Assembly: GCF_002571385.2 (NCBI RefSeq)
Contig: NW_019217907.1
Coordinates: forward strand, 87,805 to 151,804
Reading direction: 5' to 3'
Origin: Stylophora pistillata
Lineage: Eukaryota
Length of the DNA stretch: 64,000 nt
Positions within the stretch are counted from its first letter, which is position 1, and the number at the start of each line of letters is the position of its first letter. The notes under the pieces were generated by a model. It had not been told where the DNA came from and made no database searches. It saw only the letters and a list, made by a program, of their open reading frames with translations. Of the stretch, positions 8,069 through 20,200 are shown in pieces. The translations under genes and the position numbers were made by a program.

Positions 8069-11000
8069 AATTCCCAGTGTCTGTGGGACACTGGTAACGA
8101 GACTGGTTACAAGTCCTAAACGGCTAGAAGCGGGCACGGGAGGAAAAATTCGCAGTGATCTCGTTTCTTATTCTTTTGATTCTCGATAAAATGTTCATGA
8201 TAGTAACAGTAATGATTCATAGGGCGTGATGCAACCTTTAATTACAACGGTGGCTTCATCTCTTTCAGTATCAAAGAGAAAGGACTTCCAAATGCGATGG
8301 CAGTCACTTTGCTATCAGGCCCTTACCTTTTCCTAGAAATTCGTTCTGAACGATCTGCAACAAAAATTCTCAGGCCTGGCGAATAGAACTATTTAGTAAG
8401 GACGAAAAAAATAAGTTGGAGACTTTTTCCCTCTTGATTTCGGCGAAATTAAAAGAAGAAATAAATGACATCGGGATAAGAAATGACAAGCCGACAAGGA
8501 ATTGAACTACGTAAAGTATTCGAGACAGGGCTTCAGAAGTCAGACATGTTTTGCCAGCATCAGTAAAGGCCAAATCTTGAAAAACCAAGTTTCCACAATT
8601 CTTATCTAAATCGTTTTTGGATGCTTTGACTAAATACTCAGCCACCCTTATCCAGAAATAATAAAAACAAGTTAATTTTATCTATTTATTTTTCACCGGT
8701 TTGACCAAAGGGTCCAAAAGTTCACACTCCTAAGGACGATTTGATTCGTAATGCTTCCTTACGACTGCCACATTTTTATTGTTGATGAATAAGAAGTTTC
8801 TTGTGTTATATCAAATAATAATTTTCCTTCGAATGGGTAAGACAATTCTCCCCATTCAGTCACCAGTGCTGTCATTTACTAAAAATAGAATTCTCCTCTG
8901 TTATCATTCTGTCTAGCATGTTTCCGATGAATAATTCAAACAAAGTAGTATGCTTTGGGAAATAATTACAGGTGTTGGTTTCAAATGTATTCAATCTCAA
9001 TTTTGTGTATGAATTTTAAATCTTGCGGTTTTGATTGAAGATCACGAACGAAAAAATTATTCATTGCACGACCATGTAAAATTGAACGTTTTGAAGATAA
9101 AGGGTAAAATTGAAATGTTTTTTCGCGGGTGAAAGTTTTAAGTAAATTTTCAGAGAGTTGTTAGAATAAAAAACCTGGCTTTCGGTGAGTGAAGAGACAT
9201 ATCATCCCAAGTAAGTGGACTGATAAGTGGGAAGGCTGTTATTATTGACCACGTGACAACTCCGACCAATTGATTTTGCTGCTGTCTAATTTTAATGTGA
9301 CACGCGGATGAACCAAAGTTATAACAATTCGTGTCAAGTACGGAGTGTTTTGTGTATCGCCAAAACAGGTTTTGTAAGCGCTTCCTCGACAAAAAGGTGG
9401 GTTTATTTCTTTTGCTTTTTTGTGCATAAGACAGCCCTTTTAAAGCCCCAAATTTTCGTCCATATCGTTTTTCGTAACAGGTATTTGGCATTATATAATT
9501 CTATCTGCGCAGGAAAACTCGTTTCGCAAAATAAATGTTACCAACGTCTGTTAAAAGATATTTGCTCAATTTGCTTCGTTCCTAAATTTTCTTATCGGCG
9601 TCAATTTTCAAATATCTTCATTTCATTCTTCCTTGACTGGTCTAACGGCTTCTCATGGCCAAATATTTGTCGCTGTATATCCATCGAATAAATTATGCCC
9701 TCTCGAATAATAGTCGGCTGTAGATTGAAATTTAGCACCTATGATAATGTGTAGGAGAACATTCTGTCCAAAGCTTTCTGTTGCCGTGGAACGGGTTATC
9801 GTAAGTTAAAGAAGAACTGGAAATGGTAATAGCATTCAAATTTTGAAATCGTACATTTGACTTCCAGGAAAGGCTGTTGCTCTGTTTGTCTTTTTGTGCT
9901 AATGAATCACTCAATAGACAGTATTTTTGAGGAGGAAAATTCAAGCTTGCGAGTCACATGTTTTGCCATTTTGCTTAAAAATCTGAAACGATAAAATCCA
10001 CAAAAAAGCCCTAAGAGGTGAAACCTCAAGAGGTTGTGGACGACAGTATTTCTATTATTTTCCATTGAGTCACGTACGGTCAGAAAATATTTCAGATTTA
10101 GAAGACATTTTGAATTTTTAATCATTTTCATGCCACTTGCCGACAGCTACAATTAAACATTCTACTGAGTTGTCGACTTTTAAAGTCCCTTTGACTGTGT
10201 CTTAAAAAGAAATGAGTCATATGTCACCAATAATTGATACAATTAACAACTACTGGAATTAAATTTTAAAGTGGTCCTGTTGTCTTTGTGAAAACGGACA
10301 ATGATTGACATTACATTGAAGGGTAAAGCTAAAAGCTTATTGCAAACAAGACATGTTAACCATTTGAAATATTGCGGCGTTCTTCTTAATTAATATTTAG
10401 TCTCTTTTTGACGTTTTCTACACGGCGCAGCAGAATGACAGCCGGTGTTATATGCAGCACGCGGTAAATTCAGTGGACATTGTCCCAGAAATTCATTAAT
10501 GCCGACTGATAACGGCAATGTTTTTCACTCCCATTTCAAAAAATCATACGAAGTCGCTATTATTGATACTTACTGTAAGGAAGAAAGTCCAGAAATTGCG
10601 TTCGTCAGAGTCACTTTTAGTGTTTTAAACTTTTTAATTTTAAAAGCAATAAACACTAGCTTTATGAATTCAACATGATGGCTCTAACAGCTTCTAATTA
10701 AGGTCCTCCTATTTTTGGCTACATTCATGATCCCGGATAATTCTTCCCTCAAGCTACAATTTTTAGTTTCTCAATAAACATTTACCTTTTCCTTAATTTC
10801 CATTTTCTTTCTTTCGCTCTATAAGGTAAATTTGCCAGGTGATACAAGCTTATTTTCAGTGGCTGGATAAGTCGATTATAGCTTCAGAATGATGATAGTA
10901 AACTTTGTATTGTAATACAACTGCATGTTGTTTGTAGCTGAAGTTGAACGATTGAGTCAGTATATCGACATCTTAAGGATAAGCTTTTAAGCTGATAAGA

Positions 11001-11269
11001 GATTTGGCGCCACTTGAGACTGTAAATAAATTCATTCGAATGCGGCGAGTTTCCTAAATTGAGAACAATTCTTTTATAGTGCCCAGAAATGACAAATGAA
11101 TAAAGGATGGTAACTTTCTAAAGAAACTGTGGTGCCGCGTCATTAGGGGTATTCTACTGGGTTTATATTGTAAACTGGCCTCAAATGAAGCCCTAGACAT
11201 AAGGTTGATGATTCAAAAGGTAGATCTGAGAAAAAGAGTAACGAAGTTCGAATCGATAAAGTGGAGGAG

Positions 11270-11480
11270 CGCCGTTATGTCGCACGAGTGGTCGATGCTT
11301 GGAGCTCAAACTGGATCAACACTCGGAATCTTGAAAAACTGAGAATTTCTGTCCTCGCAATAACATATGAACATATGAAAGTGGTTTTACGCCTCCTGGC
11401 CAAGAACTGTAGCATTTAGGCGCACGTTTGTGTCTTAGATATAAAAGACGTGAAAGAACCCACCCACTGTTCGCATAGAG
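11270..11480 (+). mobile_element. Degenerate tRNA-derived SINE
   Basis: GGATCAACACTCGGAATCTTGAAAAACTGAGAA resembles AGACCAACACTCAAGGTCTTAAAATAATTGAGAA of the SINEs at 44978 and 45805. Confidence 0.45.
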
Positions 11481-12422
11481 TTGCAGAAAGTTTTAAGGGA
11501 GATTAAAAAAAAGTGGCCAATAGTGCTAACCAGGGTTTCTCTTATATTCGATCTTCAACAAAAACATATCAACAAGGATGGTAAGATATCTCAATCCCAG
11601 CGCTTCCGCGGGACTATGATTATGATTGATGCTGTTTAAAAATATTGTAAATTGAAATTCTAGCATAGCAAGAACACGATTCGAAGGCAGAGAATGATCA
11701 TGAAACTGGGCCTGTATCGAAAAACTTTACTCTGCTAATTTGAATGCAACTAGTTGGGCGCATCTATTTTTAGAGAACGATTCCATTAGTGTCGGCGCAC
11801 TATTCAAGTGTAAACCATACGAAATTTATAAGAAAAATTAAAATTAAAAGTTAAGAATATTAATTCAGTAGCATTCAAAATAGAGCGCGTATAACTTTCC
11901 ACACCCTTGATTAGCGTATATCAGCCCAGGCAGCGTCTAATGTTTCTTAGACAAAACCACACCAATATTGTGAAAACCACTAGTCATAACTAATAAAGGT
12001 TTTCATCATAATCAATTTCTTCTTTTTGATGTTCTGATAAACATCCCATCGTCTTATGTATTTGCATATGTTCAACACAGCAGCACAATTGATAATGAGT
12101 TTATTCGAACAACAGAATTCTGTCCCCAAAGCAAGCAACGTTTTCGTTTTTGCTTTGTGAAAGTCAGGGTTCCCAAAAAATTAGAATCGGTAGTAAAATC
12201 TAATTGACGGCTATTTTTTTTCTTGTTTCTTATTTTCTTCCAGTAACTTGCCCGTCTTAGCAAACAAAACCCGTTAAAAATATGTACAAGCAAAATGTAC
12301 TTCGAAGGGCGAAAGCAGGCTAGTAATTCCTATCAGCTGTCTTCTATGTCTCTGACTTTGTTCTGTGTGGGCTTTCAATGCTTGTCATATCTACTAGCCA
12401 AACTATTAAACATAACGAATAG

Positions 12423-12702
12423 ATAATAATAATAATGATAATAATAATAACACCTTTATTTAGACACGATAATTTTTAAAGCTGAACAGCTTGTGGGGTC
12501 GTGTGCAAATGCAAATAAATTCAAATGATGATGGCATGGGTTTTGGAGGAGAGGGGAATACCGGAGTACCCGGAGAAAAACCTCTCGGAGCCGAGTAGAG
12601 AACCAACAAACTCAAGCCACTTATGACGCCGGGTCCGGGAATCGAACGCTGGACACATTGGTGGAAGGCAAGCGCTCTCACCACTACGCCAACCCTGCTT
12701 CC
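12423..12702 (-). mobile_element. tRNA-derived SINE with V-domain-like core and (TTA)n tail
   Basis: Minus strand: A box TGGCGTAGTGG, B box GTTCGATTCC, core GGTTTTTCTCCGGGTACTCCGG, then AATAAA and (TTA)n. Confidence 0.75.
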
Positions 12703-13229
12703 TGAATTAATTAAGAATTAAGTTTCTTTAGAAACTTAACCTCAATAGAGGTTAAGTTTCTAAAGAAACTGTGGTGCCACGTCGGCGAGGGTTATTACGA
12801 GACAATTTGCTTTTATCGAGCGGTTCTATCGACTGAGTTCATATCATAATTTAAATATATTGGCCAAGGCACCGTAAAGAGTTTGTAAAGTTTAAACCAT
12901 CGACTCAGTTCTTAAACATAGCGTTTTCTGCTTGTGATTCTACTTGCTTTGGAGACAGAATTATGCTCTGGGGAACAGGTGGAGCCTGAATGTTATTGTA
13001 ATACGACAAGCTCTTTGTTCAGAGCAAACGTATGCAAAAAAACCATTCGTTATTCTCTAGTTGTCTTCTATTACCAGGATAAGTACGTTTTTTGAACCAA
13101 CTTTCTTAACATCTTATTGATTTCAGCCCAAGTATTATCATAAAAAAGTTCTTCAAATATCAAAGACATCAAGGTAATATCTTATGCAGTGATCTGTTTC
13201 TTGCTTCAGAACTTGGATCAATCATTTAA

Positions 13230-14321
13230 ATGGCAACTGATTCAAACTCTTCAAATTACGCGGAGCCCTCGGCAGAGCGTCTTCATTCGTTCAATGCTAC
13301 GACGAACCGCTTGTACTGGACTATACGAGTGTTTCTCGCAATTTTTACGATTCTCGGAAATACCCCACTGATATTTCTCCTCGTAACAAGGCGGAAGCTG
13401 CGACGCAACGTGTCAAACAAGTTTGTCCTGTCCTTGAACCTGGCAGACCTTTGCGTGGGCTTGTTTGTAACCCCACCTGAGTTACTGTGTACGTACTGGA
13501 CAACTTGCTCCAGGGAGATCCAATTGGCGATGTACGAATTTTTCGTCTATACCTCACTGTTGTGCTTATGTTTGGTGACTTGGGATCGTTACAAATCTGT
13601 CACTCGGCCTTTAACGTATCCTGTTGTAATTGAAATCAAACAATACTTGATCCCTATCCTGGTATGTTGGTTGGTTCCTTTTGTCTTGACCCTCCTTCAC
13701 TTCACCTATCTGCTGAAGAGTCCTGAGGATCAGAGGACAGGAATGACAGCGTTTGCCATCGTCGAAACACTCCTCTTTGTGGGACTTCCTTGCATTGTGT
13801 TACCGTTGGCCTACTTGCGAATCGTGTGCATCATACAGAGACACAAGCAACAGGAAAAGCGCATCAAAGATCAAGTGGACTTTAACTACTCCGTTACTAT
13901 GTCTGCAGAAGATGTTCTGAGAGAAACAGAATTCAGTACACCGAATTTGACCGTGGCAAGCACAAGAAGTAGAGCGCAGAGTGAATTGTCAAGTGTTGGA
14001 ATAGAATCTGATGTGGAACGCTCCACAGATGGTAAAACTGCACCTCTCAAGACAAAACCGAGACACCCAAATCACGATCGGTCTATCACAGTGCTTGGCA
14101 TCGTGATCTTGGTGTTTGTCGGGTGCTGGCTCTTTGCAGCCTATCTTCATTTTAAACAATCTTTCAGCAAAACAGAAGCTATGACTCACTCGGCTCACAC
14201 CACCATGAATTTGTCGTGGCTGTTCTTACTGGTCCACTCTGCCCTGAATCCCATTTTTTACGGACTGATTAAGAGGGATATAAAGAAAGAAATTAAAAAA
14301 TGTATAACGTGCCGTGGATAG
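13230..14321 (+). CDS. Single-exon class A (rhodopsin-like) GPCR, orphan amine/adenosine-receptor-like
   Basis: 363-aa ORF with seven hydrophobic segments; GN (TM1), LNLADL (TM2), DRY, TM4 W..P, CWL (TM6), NPIFY (TM7); N-terminal N-glycosylation sequons; AATAAA near 14679. Confidence 0.93.
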   Translation: MATDSNSSNYAEPSAERLHSFNATTNRLYWTIRVFLAIFTILGNTPLIFLLVTRRKLRRNVSNKFVLSLNLADLCVGLFVTPPELLCTYWTTCSREIQLAMYEFFVYTSLLCLCLVTWDRYKSVTRPLTYPVVIEIKQYLIPILVCWLVPFVLTLLHFTYLLKSPEDQRTGMTAFAIVETLLFVGLPCIVLPLAYLRIVCIIQRHKQQEKRIKDQVDFNYSVTMSAEDVLRETEFSTPNLTVASTRSRAQSELSSVGIESDVERSTDGKTAPLKTKPRHPNHDRSITVLGIVILVFVGCWLFAAYLHFKQSFSKTEAMTHSAHTTMNLSWLFLLVHSALNPIFYGLIKRDIKKEIKKCITCRG

Positions 14322-17207
14322 ATGTAGGGCTTAGTGGGATTCCACAATGTTTCTACAGTGATCTTAGCCTTGTTCGAGATGTAACAGGTTTATTGTGTAC
14401 CAGGAGAGTGGGTGACATAGCTTTGCGTGGCCGTGTGCTCGCAACCACGCCCTTAGACCGTAGCTAACGAGCAAAGTCTCTCCAGTTGTGCAGGCCACAA
14501 AATTCATTTCTATACAACGTGGAAAACTAGGAGGTAAGCCATTGCCAATGGAAATAACCTGGAAATTGATTGGTAAGAAACGTTAGATTGACTAGATTAT
14601 CTTTGAGAAGAAAGCAGTAAAAATCACTCACGATGAAGTCAATAAGTCATTTAGAAGTCTTGATTATATTTGCAGTTAAATAAAAACACGAGCTACTCGT
14701 TCACAACACAGGCCATCAATCAGGCCTGTTTTGTTCACGCCTACTTCCTTTTCTAGAACACTGCGTCTGACATAATTCGCAATTCATAAGTCGCGTGCTT
14801 TATTGTAACAAATGCAGGGCGGATATATTTAGGAGACGACTTTTAACTCCGTTTTCAACAGTGCCGAAAATTGAAGACAAACGGGAACGGAATTTAAATT
14901 TTTTTCCCTCTGGCAGAAAGGACTAAAAGCGTATCTCTAGCAAAAACCCATTTTGCTTCTTAAAGCCAAATCAAAGCACAACCTTTGAACTCACATCACC
15001 AACTTTTATTAGCCTTTTCCAGTGGTAAACAAGATACAAATTTATTGTACATTAAAATATACTATAACAACGCGTTTACAATCGTTTGGTGCTTTTTTTT
15101 TTTTTTCTTCGCGCTAGAATCATGATAATTAAGACGCAAACAACCCGTTGCTTTACGACAGTTAGGCTTCCATTTGATTTCATTCACAACTTGGAGTCTC
15201 TCCTCCCCTGGGAAAAAATGAAAGCCATTCGACGAAAAGAAACGACAAGTTGTCCAAATGTGGCGAACCGCACACTTGCGCACTTGCGGCGCTAAATAAA
15301 TTTTGGGGTCAAAATTGTCGTGACCTACAATTTAATATTTCTAATGGGTACTAATATCATACATAATTCTTTTTAATAGCAATAATTAATAGGCTGAGTA
15401 GTGCCTTCAAATCGCCACTCTTAGAATTACAAACCCTTCCATCACTACAGATCAGAGCGAATAATAATTAACGCCACTGAGGTATTTCGTTAAATATCAA
15501 AATCTCAAACCCTCTTGAGTATTATTAACACGCATTTGAGAACCTGAATTCAAAGGGATTATTTTTTTAAGAACATGAACCAAAGTTTAAAGAGAGTTGG
15601 TTGCTTTTTTTTTCTGTGTGAAGATTGGCTTAATTCATTAACTTAAATCGTTTCCTAGCAAACTTTAGAAAGCACTCACGGTAAAAAGCAGAGCAGATTG
15701 TATCTAAAATTTAACAGCTAAACTCCCCCAACTCAAACCCAAACTACGCAATATAAATATACAGCTAAGAAAAACAAAACACATTTTCTCATCACCGAGT
15801 TTCAACATTAACTACCAAACGAATTCATCGCCACTTCCTCACGACATGAATATGTATATATAATAGCAATAACAAGTTTAAAAAATTAACAATGCCAAAA
15901 ATTTGGACAGCCATTGAGCAAATGTTTGAAAAAAGTAACATACAGAAGATATGGCAATACTAAATCACTAAAATAAAATAAACAAGACAATCTCATCGCT
16001 GACCTAGCCAAAAATATAACTTGACAACGTTAATTGACAGTTTCTTTTCGTTAATACTAACTCTATCTGAAATGACGAAATACATCCATTGTTTTACACG
16101 ACACGATAAATTGTCAACAAGTCAAATCACAGTAATTTTTTTTTTTACTTACGATACATATTTATCTATGGAAACCACGGTAGTCAAGAGTTAATCAAAC
16201 GATTCTTGAAAGAATATACAAATGCCTTCGGTCAGTGAAAGAGCTAATATAATACGATTTTTCCTCTCAAATCTCCTTCCGCCACCTGGGCCGAATACAC
16301 AAAGACATGCTTTTCACTTATTCACCAGACAAGAGTCCAGTTTAATTCATCAACGACAACAAACGTCGCTGTCCTTCTAAAGATTAAAAAGCATTCGTCT
16401 ACACAAATCATTCTTGAGCTTTCTACCACTTTTTTTTCTTTTCCCAATGTTCTTTCAGAATGGAGAGGAAACCTGTACTTCGCTTAGGCCTTTGAGATCC
16501 AAGCAGAGAACAGTGACTGACCTTTCATCTTCAACACTAAATTATGTTTTCTTCAAGATAGATTTACATCAAACAAAATTAACCATTTTGATTCAAACGA
16601 TCTTGTCCTTGTTTGTATTAATAAAAAGTTCACCCTTTGATGTCAATCACATTAGTTTACGTGCAGTCTCATCACGTGATAATCATCCGCTCTGAAGTAT
16701 TTTGATCGTGAACAGTTCAAGCATCACAACATTCTCGCTTAAGGCTCAACCTCGTTTCCAGTTTTTCCCTTCCAAAAACAAGATTGAAAGAGACTGGGAA
16801 AGAGTTGAAGTGTGAATGACTATTCAAACCCCCGATTATCATAAAAAAAGTCAGCACAAAAATTCGGAATCAAACCTTCTGAAACTTGTTCTGGCACTAT
16901 CATTACGCTTACAGAATCCATATTCAAGCTTGTACAACCAGTTTCCTACGAACCATGAATACATTTCACTGAAAACCTTAACTACTGACCGGCACTTTAA
17001 AAGTGCTTTCATTTTAACGATTACGAAAAGACCAGACGAAATATCCAGTTAGACTGGGAGATAATCAAGCTAAAGTAAAAAATGAACACATTCCACAAAA
17101 CACCGACAAGGGTTTGATTCTTTGCATAATCCACAATACTCTTGCAAGTTATTATTCAAGCTAGCAATTTGTACAATGACGATTCTTATTTAAACATTAA
17201 CAACACT

Positions 17208-20200
17208 TCACTCTTGCACACGGATATCTCCATTACAGCCTGACGTCACCTTTGAAGCATCCATGACGTCATCACTTCCGGCCCATGAGGACGCACAGGA
17301 GCTGCGGTAGCTGCTCAACCCACGGAATGGGTCATGCTCGCCTGGAATATCACTCCCCTTGCCACTAAAGCCAAGCCCCATGGGGGCCCCGCGGGAGATC
17401 ACGTTAGCAAAAGATGGCTTCACGATACAGCGAGGATCTGGTACTATGCCGGCTTGCTGAGCATCTCGGAGAGCCAATTCTTCCGCAAGTTTGCGGTCGT
17501 CACGTTCCTGTTTTTCTCGCTCTTGTTGTTGGAGAAGTTGTCGGCGTTCCTGTAGCAGGCGCCTGTGTTCCTCGTGTTTTCTTCGCTTCAGTTCGGCTTC
17601 GGCTTCCAAGCTGTCAATAGTCAAGCCGCGGTCGGGAACATCCTGGAGGGGACAGTGAGAGACAGATTACATGGAGAAATCACAGTTTGCTGAAAAAAAT
17701 TCTGGTAGAGAAGATAACACAACACCTCGAAGACAAATTAGCGTGTCGTAAAGAATTTGAAAATACTACTGACGATCAAAATTTGAATTTACTGAAACCG
17801 CGTTATACAAGACAAACGAGCTTTCGTAAATGCACCCCCCCCCTGACCTCCTCACTCACCTGTGGGTCACGGCTCTGTGATGGCAACTCGCTACCTCTTG
17901 TTTCCGGAGGGGATGTTGTTTCACCCTGCTTTAGCTGCTCCTGAAGAGCTCGTGCAAACTGTTCATCTTTCTTGATCTGCTCCTCTTGGCTGGTGAAGAA
18001 GAACAAACGCAAACCACTAGAATCGTGCGCTTTTATCAAGAAAGACATTTTCACCGTTATGTAACAATTAACAAATGTAGGCAGCTTGCAAGATGTGCTA
18101 AAATACTCTACCTATCCTAGGTTTAAATATTACTCAGAAAGAGAAAAATCCAAACATCCTTCCATACTACCTAAATGCAATTATCTTGTGTCTAAAGTGG
18201 TTTAACGCTTCCTTCGCCAACAGCGGGTTCTAATAGTACACAACCTTCCCCTCCCCAATCCGTTCACTCCCCGCCACCCCACTAGATAACTTTAAACAAA
18301 AACGGAACCTCTTAATGCCTACCTCGACCATTCATCATTCAAGTCATAAAGTGGGTGCCATAACTTGCGAACCTGAGAATGCTAAAAATAAATTGAGTAA
18401 ATTAGTTTAAGACAACCACACAAAGGCTACAAAGTCTTAAGATCAATTCCTTTGCTAAAAGCTCACAACGATTCAAAACATAAGATTAATTGCATTTCAA
18501 GAATACCTCACTTCCACGAGGTGGGCTCCAAATTTGCGTCGAGTCAGTAATGGTTAAAGGCGACGGGAAACCATTGCTGTCTTCATTACTCCAAATGTCA
18601 GTATCATTACCATGTTGCCACCCCACTGGGGACTGTTGCCTTGGTGACAAGCTAGAGTTTGACGACTGGCTAGCTGCAGGAGAGTGGCTTAGTGGCGAAC
18701 CACAGCTGACACCGCTGTCATTGTCCTTCCTCCAAACTTCTGAGGGATCAAAGTCAAGGGTTGCATCGCTGTTCCGCTGGGATAATATGTCATTCTGTAA
18801 AAATTTCGCACAAATAACATCATTTACAAGGGGAAAATGTTGACAAGGCATTCTACATTACTGAAATACAGATGAAGGGAAAATATGCTGACTTTTAACA
18901 AGAAATGACAAGCAAAAACTGGAAAGCACTGTCCATATGTAGAGCTGGTTTGTTGTGACTATTCACACTCGGAGAGAATCAGATTACAGAGTGAACATGG
19001 AAAACATAAACAGATGAACAAACCTTTTCATCACTAACATCCGATGGAATATAAGGACTCCTTGGCTGTAAAATTCCTCTGTGCATCATAGCATCGGGGT
19101 AGTCAATTATCCTTGAGTAGGGGTAATCACCGCGATGTGCAAATGGGTACCCCACGACACCGTGAACTTGTTCATACGACAACTGTCTCCCACAATAGTG
19201 CGAACTGTAGTAGTCTACTTGTGGTGCACTGTTCACAAAGGCAATGAAAGATAAAAGGAAGAATGCATGAGGATGTGTCTGAGTAAAAGGATTACCACAA
19301 AATACTGGTCTAAGAACTCTAATGGTCTGCAAACTCTAATCCCATACAAATCGCATATTAAATGCATAACTCTTTTGAATGCAGGAGAGTTGTTGTCCAG
19401 GAAATTAAACCTCCTCATAAACATGTTAATCTACATGAAAGTTGTGTTTTGATTTTGTTGCAATATTCAGAAGTTTTAGGACATTTTCAATTAACTTTAA
19501 AAGACTTTTAATATCTCCAACAACTGGCTAACAACACTACTCAATTTACAGAATTTTGTTAATAATCACAACGGTCCAGCCAAATCCGTCATTTCAGTCA
19601 GCCCCAGACAGGGTGAACACCAAGGGACAACATCTTGCCATTCAATCCTTAAATCTTTCATTCAACAAAACTAAAAAACACACATGCACATTAAAGTTCA
19701 ATCTGAACATTGCTACATGTCCTTGACAAGCAGTGGCAATCTACCTGTAATAAGGTGTCGAGTCTGAGGAAAAGCCACCAAATGAATGATCATAGGTGTG
19801 ATAGCTTGCAGGCTGAGGAGGCAAGGCTCGAAGTCTGTGTCTACCATTGTAAAGAGGAGGATGTTCAACCCTGCCCATGTGATGGTCAATGTGGCCATTT
19901 GATATGCCATTTGTTGAAACATTTGGCATGCCATTAGTTATCCCATTTGTCAATCCATTTGCCAATCCGTTCCCCATGCCATTCAATCCTTCATCATGGA
20001 CAGTCAAAGGAGAACTTCGTGGTGGAGTCAAAACACCTGTACAAATGGGGGAAAAACAGCTTTAACCCTACCAAAATTGTACATAGAGGTGTTTTCCCTT
20101 CCGTTCTACCTTACATGTGATTTTACTAGAGTACTGATATGGAGCATTTCTTCAATAATAAAACACTTCTTCAGCTGACAACAAGGTTGTGGTCTAGCAG

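Noticed and set aside
16964-16974. Roquin autoregulatory CDE stem-loop in its own 3' UTR
   Set aside because: The best match by eye is UUUC-AGU-GAAA; the loop is not Y-R-Y and the stem is only 4 bp. No canonical CDE was seen in 15.0-17.2 kb, though a computed search could find one.
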